Virus record (IMG/VR): IMGVR_UViG_3300006092_000199
Source of the DNA: an uncultured virus (IMG/VR IMGVR_UViG_3300006092_000199)
Lineage: Duplodnaviria > Heunggongvirae > Uroviricota > Caudoviricetes
Strand: one strand, 5' to 3'
DNA length: 64,000 nucleotides
Part shown: positions 16,616 to 27,065 of the stretch, piece by piece
Numbering within the stretch: position 1 is the stretch's first letter
Layout: the number at the start of each line of letters is the position of its first letter
Position numbers and translations under genes: made by a program
The notes under the pieces: generated by a model
The model's input: only the letters and a program-made list of their open reading frames with translations
Database searches by the model: none
What the model was told of the DNA's origin: nothing

Positions 16616-17638
16616 ATGGCCGTCACCAAGATCTCGGACGTCATCGTCCCCGAAGTGTTCACTCCCTACGTCCAGCAGATCACCGAGGAGAAGTCCCGCC
16701 TGATCTCGTCTGGCCTCCTGGTCCGCAGCCCGGCCATCGACGCGATGCTCGCTGGCGGCGGTCTCACCTTCCAGGTCCCCGGCTGGCTCGACCTGACCAA
16801 CACGGCTGAGAACGTCTCGTCCGACGACGACGGCACGAGCTCGACGCCGCTGAAGACCTCCGCCGCGAAGGAAATCGCGGTCCGCATGAGCCGCAACCAG
16901 TCCTGGTCGGACATGGATCTCACCGCCGCCCTTGCCGGCTCCGATCCCATGGAGAGCATCGCCCAGCGCGTTGGCTACTACTGGGCTCGCCGTCTCCAGG
17001 CCGCTGTGATCGCCCTGATGAAGGGTGTCTTCGCCGACAACGCCGCCGCGCCCTCGGGCTCGGAGCACGTCCAGAACGACATGATCGTCGACGTCTCGGG
17101 TGTCAGCTACTCGGCTGGCGTCACGGACTTCAACGCTGAGTCGTTCATCGACGCCTGCACGACCATGGGTGACAGCGCCGACGACATCGTCGCCATCGCG
17201 GTCCACTCGGTGGTCTACTCCCGGATGCAGAAGAACAACCTGATCGACTTCATCCCGGACAGCGAAGGCCGCGTCAACATCCCGACCTTCCTCGGTCGCA
17301 CCGTGATCGTGGATGACGGCATGCCCGTCAGCTCTGGTGTCTACACCAGCTGGCTGTTCGGTCGTGGCGCCCTCCAGCTCGGCGTCGGCTCGCCGGACGT
17401 CCCCACCGAGACCATCCGTGTCCCGGCTGCGGGCAACGGCGGTGGTCAGGAGACCCTGCACAACCGCGTCGAGTGGTGCATCCATCCGACCGGCAACAAG
17501 TACGCTGGCACCGCCGCCTCTGGTGGTCCGTCGAACGCCGCGACCTCGAACAACCTGGCTCACGCCGGATCGTGGCAGCGTGTGTACGCGGAGCGCAAGA
17601 TGATCAAGCTGGCTCAGCTGGTCACCCGCGAGGCCTGA
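16616..17638 (+). CDS. major capsid protein
   Basis: strong AGGAGGT RBS; TKISDVIVPEVFTPY, GSDPMESIA and FLGRTVIVDD motifs; highly biased codons. Confidence 0.9.
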   Translation: MAVTKISDVIVPEVFTPYVQQITEEKSRLISSGLLVRSPAIDAMLAGGGLTFQVPGWLDLTNTAENVSSDDDGTSSTPLKTSAAKEIAVRMSRNQSWSDMDLTAALAGSDPMESIAQRVGYYWARRLQAAVIALMKGVFADNAAAPSGSEHVQNDMIVDVSGVSYSAGVTDFNAESFIDACTTMGDSADDIVAIAVHSVVYSRMQKNNLIDFIPDSEGRVNIPTFLGRTVIVDDGMPVSSGVYTSWLFGRGALQLGVGSPDVPTETIRVPAAGNGGGQETLHNRVEWCIHPTGNKYAGTAASGGPSNAATSNNLAHAGSWQRVYAERKMIKLAQLVTREA

Positions 17639-17666
17639 TAGGCTTCCGCTACGAGATGAGCTATCG

Positions 17667-17694
17667 AGGGCCGGGGTCATTCCCGGCCCTTTTT
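17667..17694 (+). terminator. Rho-independent terminator
   Basis: AGGGCCGGG-GTCATT-CCCGGCCCT followed by a T-run, after the MCP. Confidence 0.85.
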
Positions 17695-17711
17695 CATAAT
17701 GGAGTTTCAGC

Positions 17712-18365
17712 ATGTCCCGAGCACGCAACATCCTGGCGGCCAATCGCGAGCGCAATCGCGACGAGCGCCTGATCGGCGACCCCTTCATCTCAATGAACTT
17801 TCTGGCAGGCGCTGCCACGTGCACTGTCAACGGCACCAACACCGACTTCGATGACATCTGCATCGAGGATCTGGACTGGGGCACGAAGATCGTCGGCTCC
17901 TTCGGGGCCGAGGGTCTGGACAGCTGTCAGGGCGTCCTCCCTGCCGCGCTTGCAGCCGAGCTGGGCACCGATCTCAGCATGGTGGCTCAGTTCTCCATAA
18001 CAGACCTTCCCACTGCCAGCCTGATCCTGGGGGTCCACGACGACCCAGGCTACAACGTGGCGAACTATGCCTCGATTGCGGCAGGCGGCGACCTGGAGCT
18101 GTTCTTCAACAACACTGGCGCGACCTCCACCCCCGGCCTCGAGGAGGCCCAGATGTACACCCTCGCAGTCACCTTCACCCCTGGGCAGATCCAGGCGTGC
18201 ATTGGTGGCGGCTCTGTGTCTCGACTGATCGTCCCGCCTCTGTCGGCCTCCATCAATCAGGTCGCCTGGTTCTGGGAGAATGTGAGCCTGCAGCGCCTGG
18301 AGCTCTTCAAGCTGCCGTTCTCTGAGCTGCAGCTCCGTCGGATCTCGACCCACATCATCTCGTGA
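17712..18365 (+). CDS. putative virion protein (beta-sandwich-like)
   Basis: GGAG RBS; position in the head module. Confidence 0.6.
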   Translation: MSRARNILAANRERNRDERLIGDPFISMNFLAGAATCTVNGTNTDFDDICIEDLDWGTKIVGSFGAEGLDSCQGVLPAALAAELGTDLSMVAQFSITDLPTASLILGVHDDPGYNVANYASIAAGGDLELFFNNTGATSTPGLEEAQMYTLAVTFTPGQIQACIGGGSVSRLIVPPLSASINQVAWFWENVSLQRLELFKLPFSELQLRRISTHIIS

Positions 18366-18447
18366 GGCCGGTGGGCTTCTCCCTCGAGTTGTCTTGAGAG
18401 CCTTCTCGCACTAGAGAGGGCAGGATATCAACCAAGGGAGAAGCCCA

Positions 18448-19269
18448 ATGGCCCGCCTCGCACGTCTTCGTCATCTTCGTCACGGCAAGTTCAGCCGCGT
18501 CCGCCGTCGCGGCAAGATCCTCGACTGGCTCGCAGGAGTTCAGGACACGCTCAACGGCACTGGCACTGGCGTCACCGTCACACTGGCAGGTGGCACCGCC
18601 GCCTCTGGCACCCTCACTCTCGCCGCCAATCCGACCGATGGTGACACCCTGACCCTCGGGGCCAAGACCTATCGCTTCAAGAACACCACGGCCCAGGCGA
18701 ACGATGTGAAGATCGGGGCGTCCGCCGCCGCGACGATCACCAACCTGGTGGCCGCCGTCCTGGCGAACGGCGCGGGCAACGGCACCGACTACCACACCGG
18801 GACCACGGCGAACGCCTCTGTGAGCGCCGCCGATGGCGCGGGCGACACGGTCACCATCACTGCCCTCAACCCCGGCGTGGCGGGCAATCTCATCGCGACG
18901 AGCGAGACCTTCACGAACGCGGGCAACGTCCTCACTGGCGACTACCTGACGGGCGGTGTCGATCTCTCGGTCTTCACCAAGGCCACCCATGGCTATGTGC
19001 CCGGCGATGGTCCCTTCGTCATCACCGCCGCCACCACTCTTCCCTCTGGCTACACCGCTGGCGAGAAGGTCTGGATCCGCACTGCGCCGACTGTCAACAC
19101 CTTCACCGTCACGGGTCGGCGTGGCGGGACCGAGCTGAAGCAGTTCCCGGATGACGGGACTGGCACGCTCACCTTCACCAAGATGGACACTGAGGGAGCG
19201 ATCTTCGATCTTCTCAAGTCCAACAAGGCGGAGACCATCGACAACGCGACCGACGTTGACAATCTCTAA
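18448..19269 (+). CDS. putative head decoration/structural protein
   Basis: Arg-rich N-terminus, Thr/Ala/Gly-rich beta repeats; own promoter motif at 18389. Confidence 0.65.
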   Translation: MARLARLRHLRHGKFSRVRRRGKILDWLAGVQDTLNGTGTGVTVTLAGGTAASGTLTLAANPTDGDTLTLGAKTYRFKNTTAQANDVKIGASAAATITNLVAAVLANGAGNGTDYHTGTTANASVSAADGAGDTVTITALNPGVAGNLIATSETFTNAGNVLTGDYLTGGVDLSVFTKATHGYVPGDGPFVITAATTLPSGYTAGEKVWIRTAPTVNTFTVTGRRGGTELKQFPDDGTGTLTFTKMDTEGAIFDLLKSNKAETIDNATDVDNL

Positions 19270-19279
19270 GGAGCACCCT

Positions 19280-19846
19280 ATGGACTTGAAGGAAGCAATC
19301 GCCTCGCTCGACCCGAAGGTCGACGAGAACTGGACCGAGGCTGGCCTGCCCAGCCTCGAGGTCCTCAAGAAGCTCACGGGCAAGCACGTGTCCCGCAAGG
19401 AGGCGACCGAGGCTGAGCCCCTCCTGACGCGCGAGAAGCTGCTCACCGGGGCCAACACCCAGGTGGACGGCGACCCGGACGCGGACAAGGAGGACACCCC
19501 GGACGTCCAGGTCGCGGACGCTCCCGCCCCTGAGCCCGAGGTCGAGGTCGATCTCGCCGCCGATCTCAAGAAGCAGATCGACGCGGTGAACGCCGATCTC
19601 TCCAAGGCGGAGGCCGCCATGGTCGCGGCTGAGCAGGAGTACAAGCGTCTCCAGGCAAAGTCCGACGCGCTGCAGACGCGGCTCGACCGGATCACGCCGC
19701 CCCACAATCCGACGCATGACATCATGGCGTACCTCGAGTCACAGAAGCGTCAGCGCGAGGCGCGGGCGGGTGCCAACGAGGACACCATGTCTCAGCTCGA
19801 CCGCACACTTCAGACCCGGCGTCGCCCTGTCAGGACGCCTCTCTAA
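19280..19846 (+). CDS. putative virion-associated coiled-coil protein
   Basis: AAGGAG RBS; LDPKVDENWTEAGLP motif. Confidence 0.65.
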   Translation: MDLKEAIASLDPKVDENWTEAGLPSLEVLKKLTGKHVSRKEATEAEPLLTREKLLTGANTQVDGDPDADKEDTPDVQVADAPAPEPEVEVDLAADLKKQIDAVNADLSKAEAAMVAAEQEYKRLQAKSDALQTRLDRITPPHNPTHDIMAYLESQKRQREARAGANEDTMSQLDRTLQTRRRPVRTPL

Positions 19847-19858
19847 GGAGGATGAGCC

Positions 19859-20374
19859 ATGGCATTCACTGTAGAAGACGGCACTGGGATCACTGATGCC
19901 AATGCCTACATCGCCGTGGCTGACGCGGACAGCTACTTCACGGATCGAGGGGGCGTGGCTGCTTGGACAGCCGCGACCTCCGATGCGAAGCAGGCCGCCA
20001 TCATTCGCTCGACCGACTACATCGAGGCGCGGTTCGGCCAGCGGTTCATTGGCACCAAGCTGACAACGACCCAGGGGCTGAGCTTCCCTCGAGACGACCT
20101 GTACGATCGCGACGGGGAGGAGATCGAGGGCATGCCCCGGCCCTTCCTCGACGCGGTGTGCGAGTACGCCGTGCGCGCCCTCTCAGCCGATCTCTGGAAC
20201 GAGCCAGAGCGCGACCCCAAGGGCCGCATCGTGGTCGAGCGCAAGAAGGTCGGACCGATTGAGAAGGACATCCGCTATGCCTTCAACCGGGATGTGAGCC
20301 AGATCAAGCCCGTGCCGGGTGCAGATCGTCTCATCCTTCAGTACTGCAGCCCCTCTGGGATGGCCATCCGATGA
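19859..20374 (+). CDS. head-tail adaptor (DnaT-like family)
   Basis: VEDGTG...ANAY...ADSYF...QGLSFPR. Confidence 0.8.
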   Translation: MAFTVEDGTGITDANAYIAVADADSYFTDRGGVAAWTAATSDAKQAAIIRSTDYIEARFGQRFIGTKLTTTQGLSFPRDDLYDRDGEEIEGMPRPFLDAVCEYAVRALSADLWNEPERDPKGRIVVERKKVGPIEKDIRYAFNRDVSQIKPVPGADRLILQYCSPSGMAIR

Positions 20375-20790
20375 CCGCGTTTGACTATGTCGAGTTCCAG
20401 GATCTGGCAGCCGAGCTCTTCACGGAGTTCGGTCGCTCAGTCACGCTTGTGAAGCTCGACACAGCGATCACGGACAGCAGCAAGCCCTGGCGGGTCAACA
20501 GCGATCCGCGCAACACACCCGACGACACGGCCACCGTCGACGCCGTCTTCCTCGACACCATCAGCTCCCGCTACCTGGGCCTCAACATCGAGTTCGACGA
20601 GGCCGAGAAGGGCGAGCAGAAGCTGGTCCTGGTGGCCACGGCAGCCGCGCCCAGCAAGGACCTGCGCTCCTTCAACGAGCTCATCGATGGCAGCAACCGC
20701 TATGGCATCATAGCTCTCAACATCCTCGAGCCGGGACCGGAGGAGATCTTCGTGGCCTACAAGGCAACCCAGAGGAAGTTGATGACATGA
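20371..20790 (+). CDS. head closure/connector protein
   Basis: synteny; L...EFGRSVTL N-terminus. Confidence 0.65.
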   Translation: MTAFDYVEFQDLAAELFTEFGRSVTLVKLDTAITDSSKPWRVNSDPRNTPDDTATVDAVFLDTISSRYLGLNIEFDEAEKGEQKLVLVATAAAPSKDLRSFNELIDGSNRYGIIALNILEPGPEEIFVAYKATQRKLMT

Positions 20791-21212
20791 GCCTCACCAT
20801 TGCCCAGGCCCGAGACGAGATGCTCACGCTGGTGAAGGACGCGATCGACGCGTCGTCCTACAGCTCCATGCCGCTCGTCTGGGATGACAGCCCAGGGGCA
20901 CCCCCTGAGTCCTCGAACGACGAGTACATGCGCGTCCGCGTGAACCATCTGTTCGGCGGCCAGACCTCCCTGGGCAAGCCTCGAGCCAGGTTCACCCGCC
21001 GTGGCACGATCCGTTGCGAGATCTATACCAGGCGAGGATCAGGAATGTCAGTCGCCGACGAGATCGCACAGATTGTCTTGGACGCCTTCGAGGGGCAGAG
21101 CTCTCCTGGAGGCGTCTGGTTCAGGAATGCCACTCCTCAGGAGAGGGGGCAGGACGGTGTCTGGACGCGAACTGACGTGGTGATCGAGTTCACATACGAC
21201 GAAAGCAAGTGA
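20787..21212 (+). CDS. tail terminator protein
   Basis: synteny before the tail tube; RGTIRCEIY..G.G pattern. Confidence 0.7.
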   Translation: MSLTIAQARDEMLTLVKDAIDASSYSSMPLVWDDSPGAPPESSNDEYMRVRVNHLFGGQTSLGKPRARFTRRGTIRCEIYTRRGSGMSVADEIAQIVLDAFEGQSSPGGVWFRNATPQERGQDGVWTRTDVVIEFTYDESK

Positions 21213-21221
21213 GGACAGAAC

Positions 21222-22763
21222 ATGGCCCAGGTGCCGAACATCGACAGCAACAGCACGGGTCTCTCGGTTGCCCTTGAGAGCGCCCTCAAGACGGTCTCCA
21301 GCCCGACTTGGTATCAGCTGGAACCCAACAGCTACGGCGACTTCGGCGGGCAGAACACGCTCGTCGCACGCAATCCCATCAACGCCAGCCGCCAGCGCAA
21401 GAAGGGCGTGATCGTCGACCTTGAGTCCATGGCGGACTTCGAGACCGATCTCACCTTCGACCGCGATGGCCTCTTCATGCTGTGGCAGGGCGCGATGTGC
21501 GCCAATCCCCATGCGAAGGGCAGCGAGGCGGTCACCGCCGTCGACATCGACGGAGCCAACCCGGACGAGTACGAGGTCGCCTCGACCACGGGCTTCCTGG
21601 TTGACTCACTGATCAAGGGCATCGGCTTCACCAACTCCGCCAACAACGCCCTGAACGTGGTCACGGTCGTCACGACCAACACCTCAGTCGAGGTCGCCAC
21701 GGGTCAGCTGGTCGCAGAGGCCAGCCCGCCCTCCGGCGCCAAGATCGTCGTGGTCGGCCACCAGGGTGCCTCCGGTGACCTCACGATCACTTCCACTGGC
21801 GACTACGCCACGCTCGGCTCCACGCTCCTGGACTTCACCACGCTTGGCATCGTGCCCGGCGAGTGGGTCTTCATCGGTGGAGACAGCGCTGGCCTGAAGT
21901 TCGCCACCGCCGCCAACAACGGCTTCAAGCGGGTCCGCTCGGTCGCCGCCCACGCCGTGGTTCTTGACAAGTCGGACGCCGACATGGTCACGGACACCGG
22001 CACTGGCAAGACCGTGCAGATCTTCTTCGGCTCGGCGATCCGCAACGAGCAGGCCGCGTCGATTGTCAAGAAGACCTATCAGTTCGAGCGCACCCTTGGT
22101 GCCCCGGATGACAGCTCGCCGTCCCAGATCCAGTCGGAGTATGTGGTCGGCGCGATGATCAACGAGGTCGAGGTCAAGATCCAGCAGGCCGACAAGGCCA
22201 CGGTCAACTGGTCGGCCATGGGTCTCGACAGCGAGCTGCGCGACGCGACCACGGGCGTCAAGTCCGGCACCCGCGCCACGCTCAGCACGCTGGACGGCAT
22301 CAACACCAGCTCGGACTTCTCCCGCATCCGTCTGTCCCTGACGAGCACCAGCGACGAGGCCCCCACCGATCTCTTCGTGTACGCGAGCGAGATCACCCTC
22401 AACATCAACAACAACATCTCGGTCAACAAGGCCATCGGCACCCTGGGCGGCTTCGGCCTCACCCTGGGCACCTTCGAGATCAGCGCCGATGTGACCGCCT
22501 ATCTCAGCGACATCGAGGCTCTCGATGCCGTGAAGAACAACTCGTCGGTCACCATCGACGTGGCCATCGTCAAGTCGAACCAGGGGCTTGTGATCGACAT
22601 GCCTCTCGGCACCCTCGGCGACGGTCGCCCGGATGTGTCTCAGGACAACTCCGTCATGGTCCCGCTCAAGTTCCAGGCATCCGAGGCGAGCTCTGTGGCC
22701 ACGGCCTATGACTACACCTTGATGCTGTGCTTCTTCGAATACCTCCCCAGCCTTGCCGGCTGA
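21222..22763 (+). CDS. major tail tube protein
   Basis: 513 aa; LEPNSYGDFGG...VARNPINASRQRKKG, as in YuA-like tail tubes. Confidence 0.8.
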   Translation: MAQVPNIDSNSTGLSVALESALKTVSSPTWYQLEPNSYGDFGGQNTLVARNPINASRQRKKGVIVDLESMADFETDLTFDRDGLFMLWQGAMCANPHAKGSEAVTAVDIDGANPDEYEVASTTGFLVDSLIKGIGFTNSANNALNVVTVVTTNTSVEVATGQLVAEASPPSGAKIVVVGHQGASGDLTITSTGDYATLGSTLLDFTTLGIVPGEWVFIGGDSAGLKFATAANNGFKRVRSVAAHAVVLDKSDADMVTDTGTGKTVQIFFGSAIRNEQAASIVKKTYQFERTLGAPDDSSPSQIQSEYVVGAMINEVEVKIQQADKATVNWSAMGLDSELRDATTGVKSGTRATLSTLDGINTSSDFSRIRLSLTSTSDEAPTDLFVYASEITLNINNNISVNKAIGTLGGFGLTLGTFEISADVTAYLSDIEALDAVKNNSSVTIDVAIVKSNQGLVIDMPLGTLGDGRPDVSQDNSVMVPLKFQASEASSVATAYDYTLMLCFFEYLPSLAG

Positions 22764-22836
22764 TCGGCATAGCTGACTTGTCTCCTCGAGGCCCTGGGGC
22801 TATCCCTGGGGCCTTGACATTTTCAGGAGCAAGTCA

Positions 22837-23265
22837 ATGTCGCTATACAAGGCATACAAGACCAGCGAGAAGCTGGAGACCGAAGGCGTCACGTTCGAGC
22901 TGTACGGCAACCGTGTGACGATGGCCCGCGCCGGGTCGGGCAATCCCGACTTCGTCTCAGCAATGGCCAAGAAGACCCAGCCCTATCGCCGCCAGATCGC
23001 CCAGGGGTCGATGGACCCCAAGGAGGAGCTGCGCGTCCTGCGCGAGGTCTACGCCGAGACCGTCATCCTCAACTGGGAGATCAAGGTCGGCGAGCAGTGG
23101 AAGCAGGGCATCGAGACCGAGGACGGCGGCGTCATCCCCTTCAACAAGGACAACGTCATCCGCACCCTCACGGCCCTTCCCGAGCTCTTCATCGAGCTGC
23201 AGGGCCTGGCCTCCAACGCGGCCCAGTACCGCGCCGAGGACCTTCAGGACGACGCGGGAAACTAA
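22837..23265 (+). CDS. tail assembly chaperone (G)
   Basis: between tube and tape measure; ends in slippery G GGA AAC TAA. Confidence 0.8.
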   Translation: MSLYKAYKTSEKLETEGVTFELYGNRVTMARAGSGNPDFVSAMAKKTQPYRRQIAQGSMDPKEELRVLREVYAETVILNWEIKVGEQWKQGIETEDGGVIPFNKDNVIRTLTALPELFIELQGLASNAAQYRAEDLQDDAGN

Positions 23266-23657
23266 TCGAGCTCCTCACCTTCCACCTGGAGGTAGGAGAG
23301 CGAAACAAGCCCATCATCGCCAACCTGCGGCGGGCCGGGAAGCCGATCCCTGACGATCGCTTCCCGCCCGTCCTCAGGGCTGGCCTGACCTTCTTCTACG
23401 AGGCGTTCATCGCGCTCTCGAGCACCCGCAATCACGGCACTGCCCCCATCTCCTGGCTGTCCATTGAGGAGTATGCAGATCGACTTGGCTTGACCCCAGA
23501 GATCAGGCTAGATCTCCACCATCACATCAGTGCCCTGGACCAGAAGTTTCTGGCTCACCAGGTCAAGACCGGGAGCAAGAAGGGTGAAGATCAGGGCCGA
23601 CATCCTCCGCAAGGACCTCCAGCGAAGCATCCGCCTCGTGGAAGAGGGGGCCAATAA
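23256..23657 (+). CDS. tail assembly chaperone -1 frameshift extension (GT)
   Basis: GGGAAAC at 23256-23262; the -1 frame stays open to 23657 (LIELLTFHLE...LSSTR...PISW). Confidence 0.75.
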   Translation, partial: GKLIELLTFHLEVGERNKPIIANLRRAGKPIPDDRFPPVLRAGLTFFYEAFIALSSTRNHGTAPISWLSIEEYADRLGLTPEIRLDLHHHISALDQKFLAHQVKTGSKKGEDQGRHPPQGPPAKHPPRGRGGQ

Positions 23658-23997
23658 GATGCACACGATCGGTGCCGAGGCCATCCTCCGGCACGTGGTC
23701 CAGGCCACCCGCGTCGACACTGGCAAGGCAGTCTCCAACTGGCGCGTCGGCATCGGCCAGCCCACCCGCGCGGTCATCGAGCCCTACTCCCCTGGCAAGC
23801 TGGGGAACACGGCAGAGGCCAATCGCAACGCCGCCCTCAGCGCAGGCCTGGCCCGTATCGCCACGAAGAAGCCCGGCAACGAGGTCTTCATCTCAAACAA
23901 CGTCGACTATCAGGAGTACATCCCTGGCTTCCAGGATGCCGTGGACAGTGCAATCACAGCTGGTCGCATGGCCATTGAGAATGTGAAGGTGCTCTGA
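23584..23997 (+). CDS. tail completion/neck protein (HK97 gp10-like)
   Basis: TRVDTGKAVSNW and FISNNVDY motifs; GTG start. Confidence 0.7.
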   Translation: MKIRADILRKDLQRSIRLVEEGANKMHTIGAEAILRHVVQATRVDTGKAVSNWRVGIGQPTRAVIEPYSPGKLGNTAEANRNAALSAGLARIATKKPGNEVFISNNVDYQEYIPGFQDAVDSAITAGRMAIENVKVL

Positions 23998-26900
23998 TGT
24001 CCAACATCAACAAGCTCGTCATCGTTGCGACGATCGAAGGTGTCAAGGCTGTTGTCTCCGAGATAAGCAGCATCGGTGACGCTGCTGCTCGCACCGAGGG
24101 CCGAGCCTCGCTCCTGGGCAAGGCCCTCGGTGCTCTTGGATCTGCTGGTGTGCTCGCTGGCTTCGTCAAGTACAGCAACGAGTTCACGAACCTTGAGAAT
24201 AAGCTGAAGGTCGTGACCTCTGGCACCGAGGAGCTGACGAATGTCACGAACAAGCTGTACGACATCGCACAGAACACCCGCACGGCCTACAGCGACACTG
24301 CCAAGCTCTATCAGCGCGTCGCACTCGCTGGCCAGCAGCTTGGCAACACCCAAGAGACCAATCTCCGGGTGACCGACCTGCTCAACAAGTCGATCATCAT
24401 CTCTGGTGCTTCCTCCATCGAGGCCAGCAACGCCATGATCCAGCTGTCCCAGGGTCTCGCCAAGGGCACACTGAACGGCGACGAGCTCCGCTCCGTCCTC
24501 GAGCAGCTGCCCTATGTCGCGGACCTGATTGCAAAGCACATGGGAGTGGCCCGTGGCGAGCTGAGGCAGCTTGGCGCGGATGGCAAGATCACCGCTCAGA
24601 TTGTCCAGGAGTCAATCCTTGGCGCTGGTGACAGCATCGACCAGACCTTCTCCAAGATGGACATGACCATCGGCCAGGCTCTCACCAATGTAGACAGCGC
24701 GTTCACCAAGGTGATTGGCGAGTTCAACAAGGTGACCGGCCTGTCCACTGGTCTCGCCCACGCCATCGACCTTGTGGCCAAGAACATGGCTGTCCTGATG
24801 GGTGCCGCTGGCAGCCTGGCAGCCGCCTTCGCGGTGTTCAAGGCTGCAGAGCTGGTTGCCTGGCTCTCTCAGTTGAAGAATGTGGTCATCGGCCTCAACC
24901 AGGTCCAGGTGGCTGGCGTCGGCATGTCGGTCACAATGACTCGACTTCAGCTTGGTCTCAAGATTGTTGGTCAGGCATTCATGCTGGCTGCGACCGAGGC
25001 TCGGGCGTTCGCTCTCTCCAACCCGTTCACCGCCATTGCAATGGCTCTGACTGTCCTGCTGCCTCTCATGTACGCCTATGGGGACAGCATCAAGCTCAGC
25101 TCTGATGGCACAGTCACCTTCAAGTCTGTCGTGGATGAGCTGTTCGGCGGCATCCAGCAGGGCCTGGTCCCCATCATGGGGACCCTTGGAGACAGCCTCC
25201 AGGCGGTTCTCGGTGTCTTCAACACGCTCCTGCAGGTGCTGGGGACGCTCTTGCTCCCGTTCACCACCCTTGGCCAGAAGCTCGTCGATGTCGGGCAGAA
25301 CGGCGTCTCCCTGGGCCAGATCGTCAACGCCCTCGCAGAGGGCCTGGCCTACATGGGCCGCGTCCTGGTCGCCCTGGTGATTGCTCCCTACCGTGCCCTC
25401 GCCGAGGTCATGGGCTCTCTGGGGCTAATCGCCCCGGAGGCGCTCGACCACATCCGGGCGCAGACCGACGGCGTCCTCAACCTCGCCCAGGCGGCGCGTG
25501 ATGCTCAGCAGCGCATGGCAGACTACGCCAATGGGACCAGCCAGGCGACCAGTGCAAGCGCGTCTGCAGCCTCCCAGGCAGCGGCCACCAGTGGGGCCTA
25601 TGGCAACCTCGCCAATGCCTCTCGGAACGCGGGCGCGGCCATCAAGGAGAAGGCCAGCTATCTCCTCGAGGAGGACATCGCCTACACCAAGATCGCGGGC
25701 GGCATCACCACCTACGTGACCAATCTCACTGGCCTTGGCACCACTCTCAGTGGTACCAAGGAGGCCCAGAGCGGCCTGGGTCAGGCCATCCGCATGAGCG
25801 CGGACGGCATCAACGCAATCACGGCCTCCGAGGCGTACTATGCAGAGCAGTCGAAGGCATCGGCCCAGCACACGGACAACCTCAAGGGCAGCGTCAGCAC
25901 TCTCGATCAGAAGGCCGTCTCCCCTGCCACCACGGCCATGACCTCCCTGGGCACCAGCACCGCGAAGGCAGCCGGGGGCCTGAAGGATGCCAGCACGGCG
26001 GCTACCTCTCTTAAGGAGAGCGTGGCAGGCAGCATCAGCGGCCTGAACAGTCAGGTGACCGCGATGAACAACGCGGCGACGGCGGCTCGCAACCTGGCTG
26101 CAGCATACCGGGAGGCAGCGGCAGCGGCGGCGGCACTCGCAGCCGCCAAGAGCGCCTCTGGCAGCGGCGGAAGCCAGGTCCAGCACAACGGCGGGCTGGT
26201 CAACTCGCAGGCCCCCATCCGCTATCACACTGGCGGCATCGTCGGCACTCCCATGGGGCCGGACGAGATCTCAGCCATCCTCCAGAAGGGCGAGGAGGTT
26301 CTCACCAGGGACGATCCCCGCCACGTGCTCAATCGTGGGACTGCCTTCGGGTGGCAGCAGGGAACGGGCCAGTGGGGCACTTCTGCCAACGAGTATCTCA
26401 CCATCACCCGTGGTATGGGCAGCGGGGCCAATGGCGTCATGGACAGGCTCCAGTGGTGGACGCCGTTGGAGACGATCACCCGCAATCTTCAGAAGGCTGC
26501 AGACGCCACTGGCCAGGATCAGACACTGCCGGACGCGCAGACTTCCTATGTCTCGTCCTACGGCAATCTCAAGGCATTCACGGCTGCGATCCAGTCGTTC
26601 AATGCCTTCGACCCGTTCGGTCAGCGCATCGCGCAGATCCAGACTGGCAACCAGGTCAGTCAGATGTTGGGCGGCGGTCCTCAGATGGATCTTGGTGTCG
26701 GCCTCAACTCCCTGAGCAATCTGCAGCGCCTGCAGGGCATCTTCATGGACAGTCTCAAGGCCGACTGGGTCAGCAAGAATGATCTTGAGAATGTGCTGAC
26801 TGCCCAGCAGCGCAGCGGTTCTGGGTCCCGTGACTATCAGACACTGACCCAGTTCGACCAGGGCTACAAGGGCCAGGGTCCGTCCACTTGGCAGCCCGAT

Positions 26901-27065
26901 CTGGTCGCAACGAAGAATGCCCAGGGGGCAGGTGCGAGCGGCGACATCAATGTGAATGTCGAGCTGAAGGCGCAGGATATGACGTCGTTCCGGCAGAATG
27001 CCGCCACGGTCGACAGCATGATGTACGCGGCGGTTGAACGTGCGAAGCGGAGGATCAATCGATGA
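23997..27065 (+). CDS. tape measure protein
   Basis: 1022 aa, Ala-rich; QLSQGLAKGTLNGDELRSVLEQ tape-measure domain; RYHTGG...AILQKGEEVL motif. Confidence 0.92.
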   Translation: MSNINKLVIVATIEGVKAVVSEISSIGDAAARTEGRASLLGKALGALGSAGVLAGFVKYSNEFTNLENKLKVVTSGTEELTNVTNKLYDIAQNTRTAYSDTAKLYQRVALAGQQLGNTQETNLRVTDLLNKSIIISGASSIEASNAMIQLSQGLAKGTLNGDELRSVLEQLPYVADLIAKHMGVARGELRQLGADGKITAQIVQESILGAGDSIDQTFSKMDMTIGQALTNVDSAFTKVIGEFNKVTGLSTGLAHAIDLVAKNMAVLMGAAGSLAAAFAVFKAAELVAWLSQLKNVVIGLNQVQVAGVGMSVTMTRLQLGLKIVGQAFMLAATEARAFALSNPFTAIAMALTVLLPLMYAYGDSIKLSSDGTVTFKSVVDELFGGIQQGLVPIMGTLGDSLQAVLGVFNTLLQVLGTLLLPFTTLGQKLVDVGQNGVSLGQIVNALAEGLAYMGRVLVALVIAPYRALAEVMGSLGLIAPEALDHIRAQTDGVLNLAQAARDAQQRMADYANGTSQATSASASAASQAAATSGAYGNLANASRNAGAAIKEKASYLLEEDIAYTKIAGGITTYVTNLTGLGTTLSGTKEAQSGLGQAIRMSADGINAITASEAYYAEQSKASAQHTDNLKGSVSTLDQKAVSPATTAMTSLGTSTAKAAGGLKDASTAATSLKESVAGSISGLNSQVTAMNNAATAARNLAAAYREAAAAAAALAAAKSASGSGGSQVQHNGGLVNSQAPIRYHTGGIVGTPMGPDEISAILQKGEEVLTRDDPRHVLNRGTAFGWQQGTGQWGTSANEYLTITRGMGSGANGVMDRLQWWTPLETITRNLQKAADATGQDQTLPDAQTSYVSSYGNLKAFTAAIQSFNAFDPFGQRIAQIQTGNQVSQMLGGGPQMDLGVGLNSLSNLQRLQGIFMDSLKADWVSKNDLENVLTAQQRSGSGSRDYQTLTQFDQGYKGQGPSTWQPDLVATKNAQGAGASGDINVNVELKAQDMTSFRQNAATVDSMMYAAVERAKRRINR

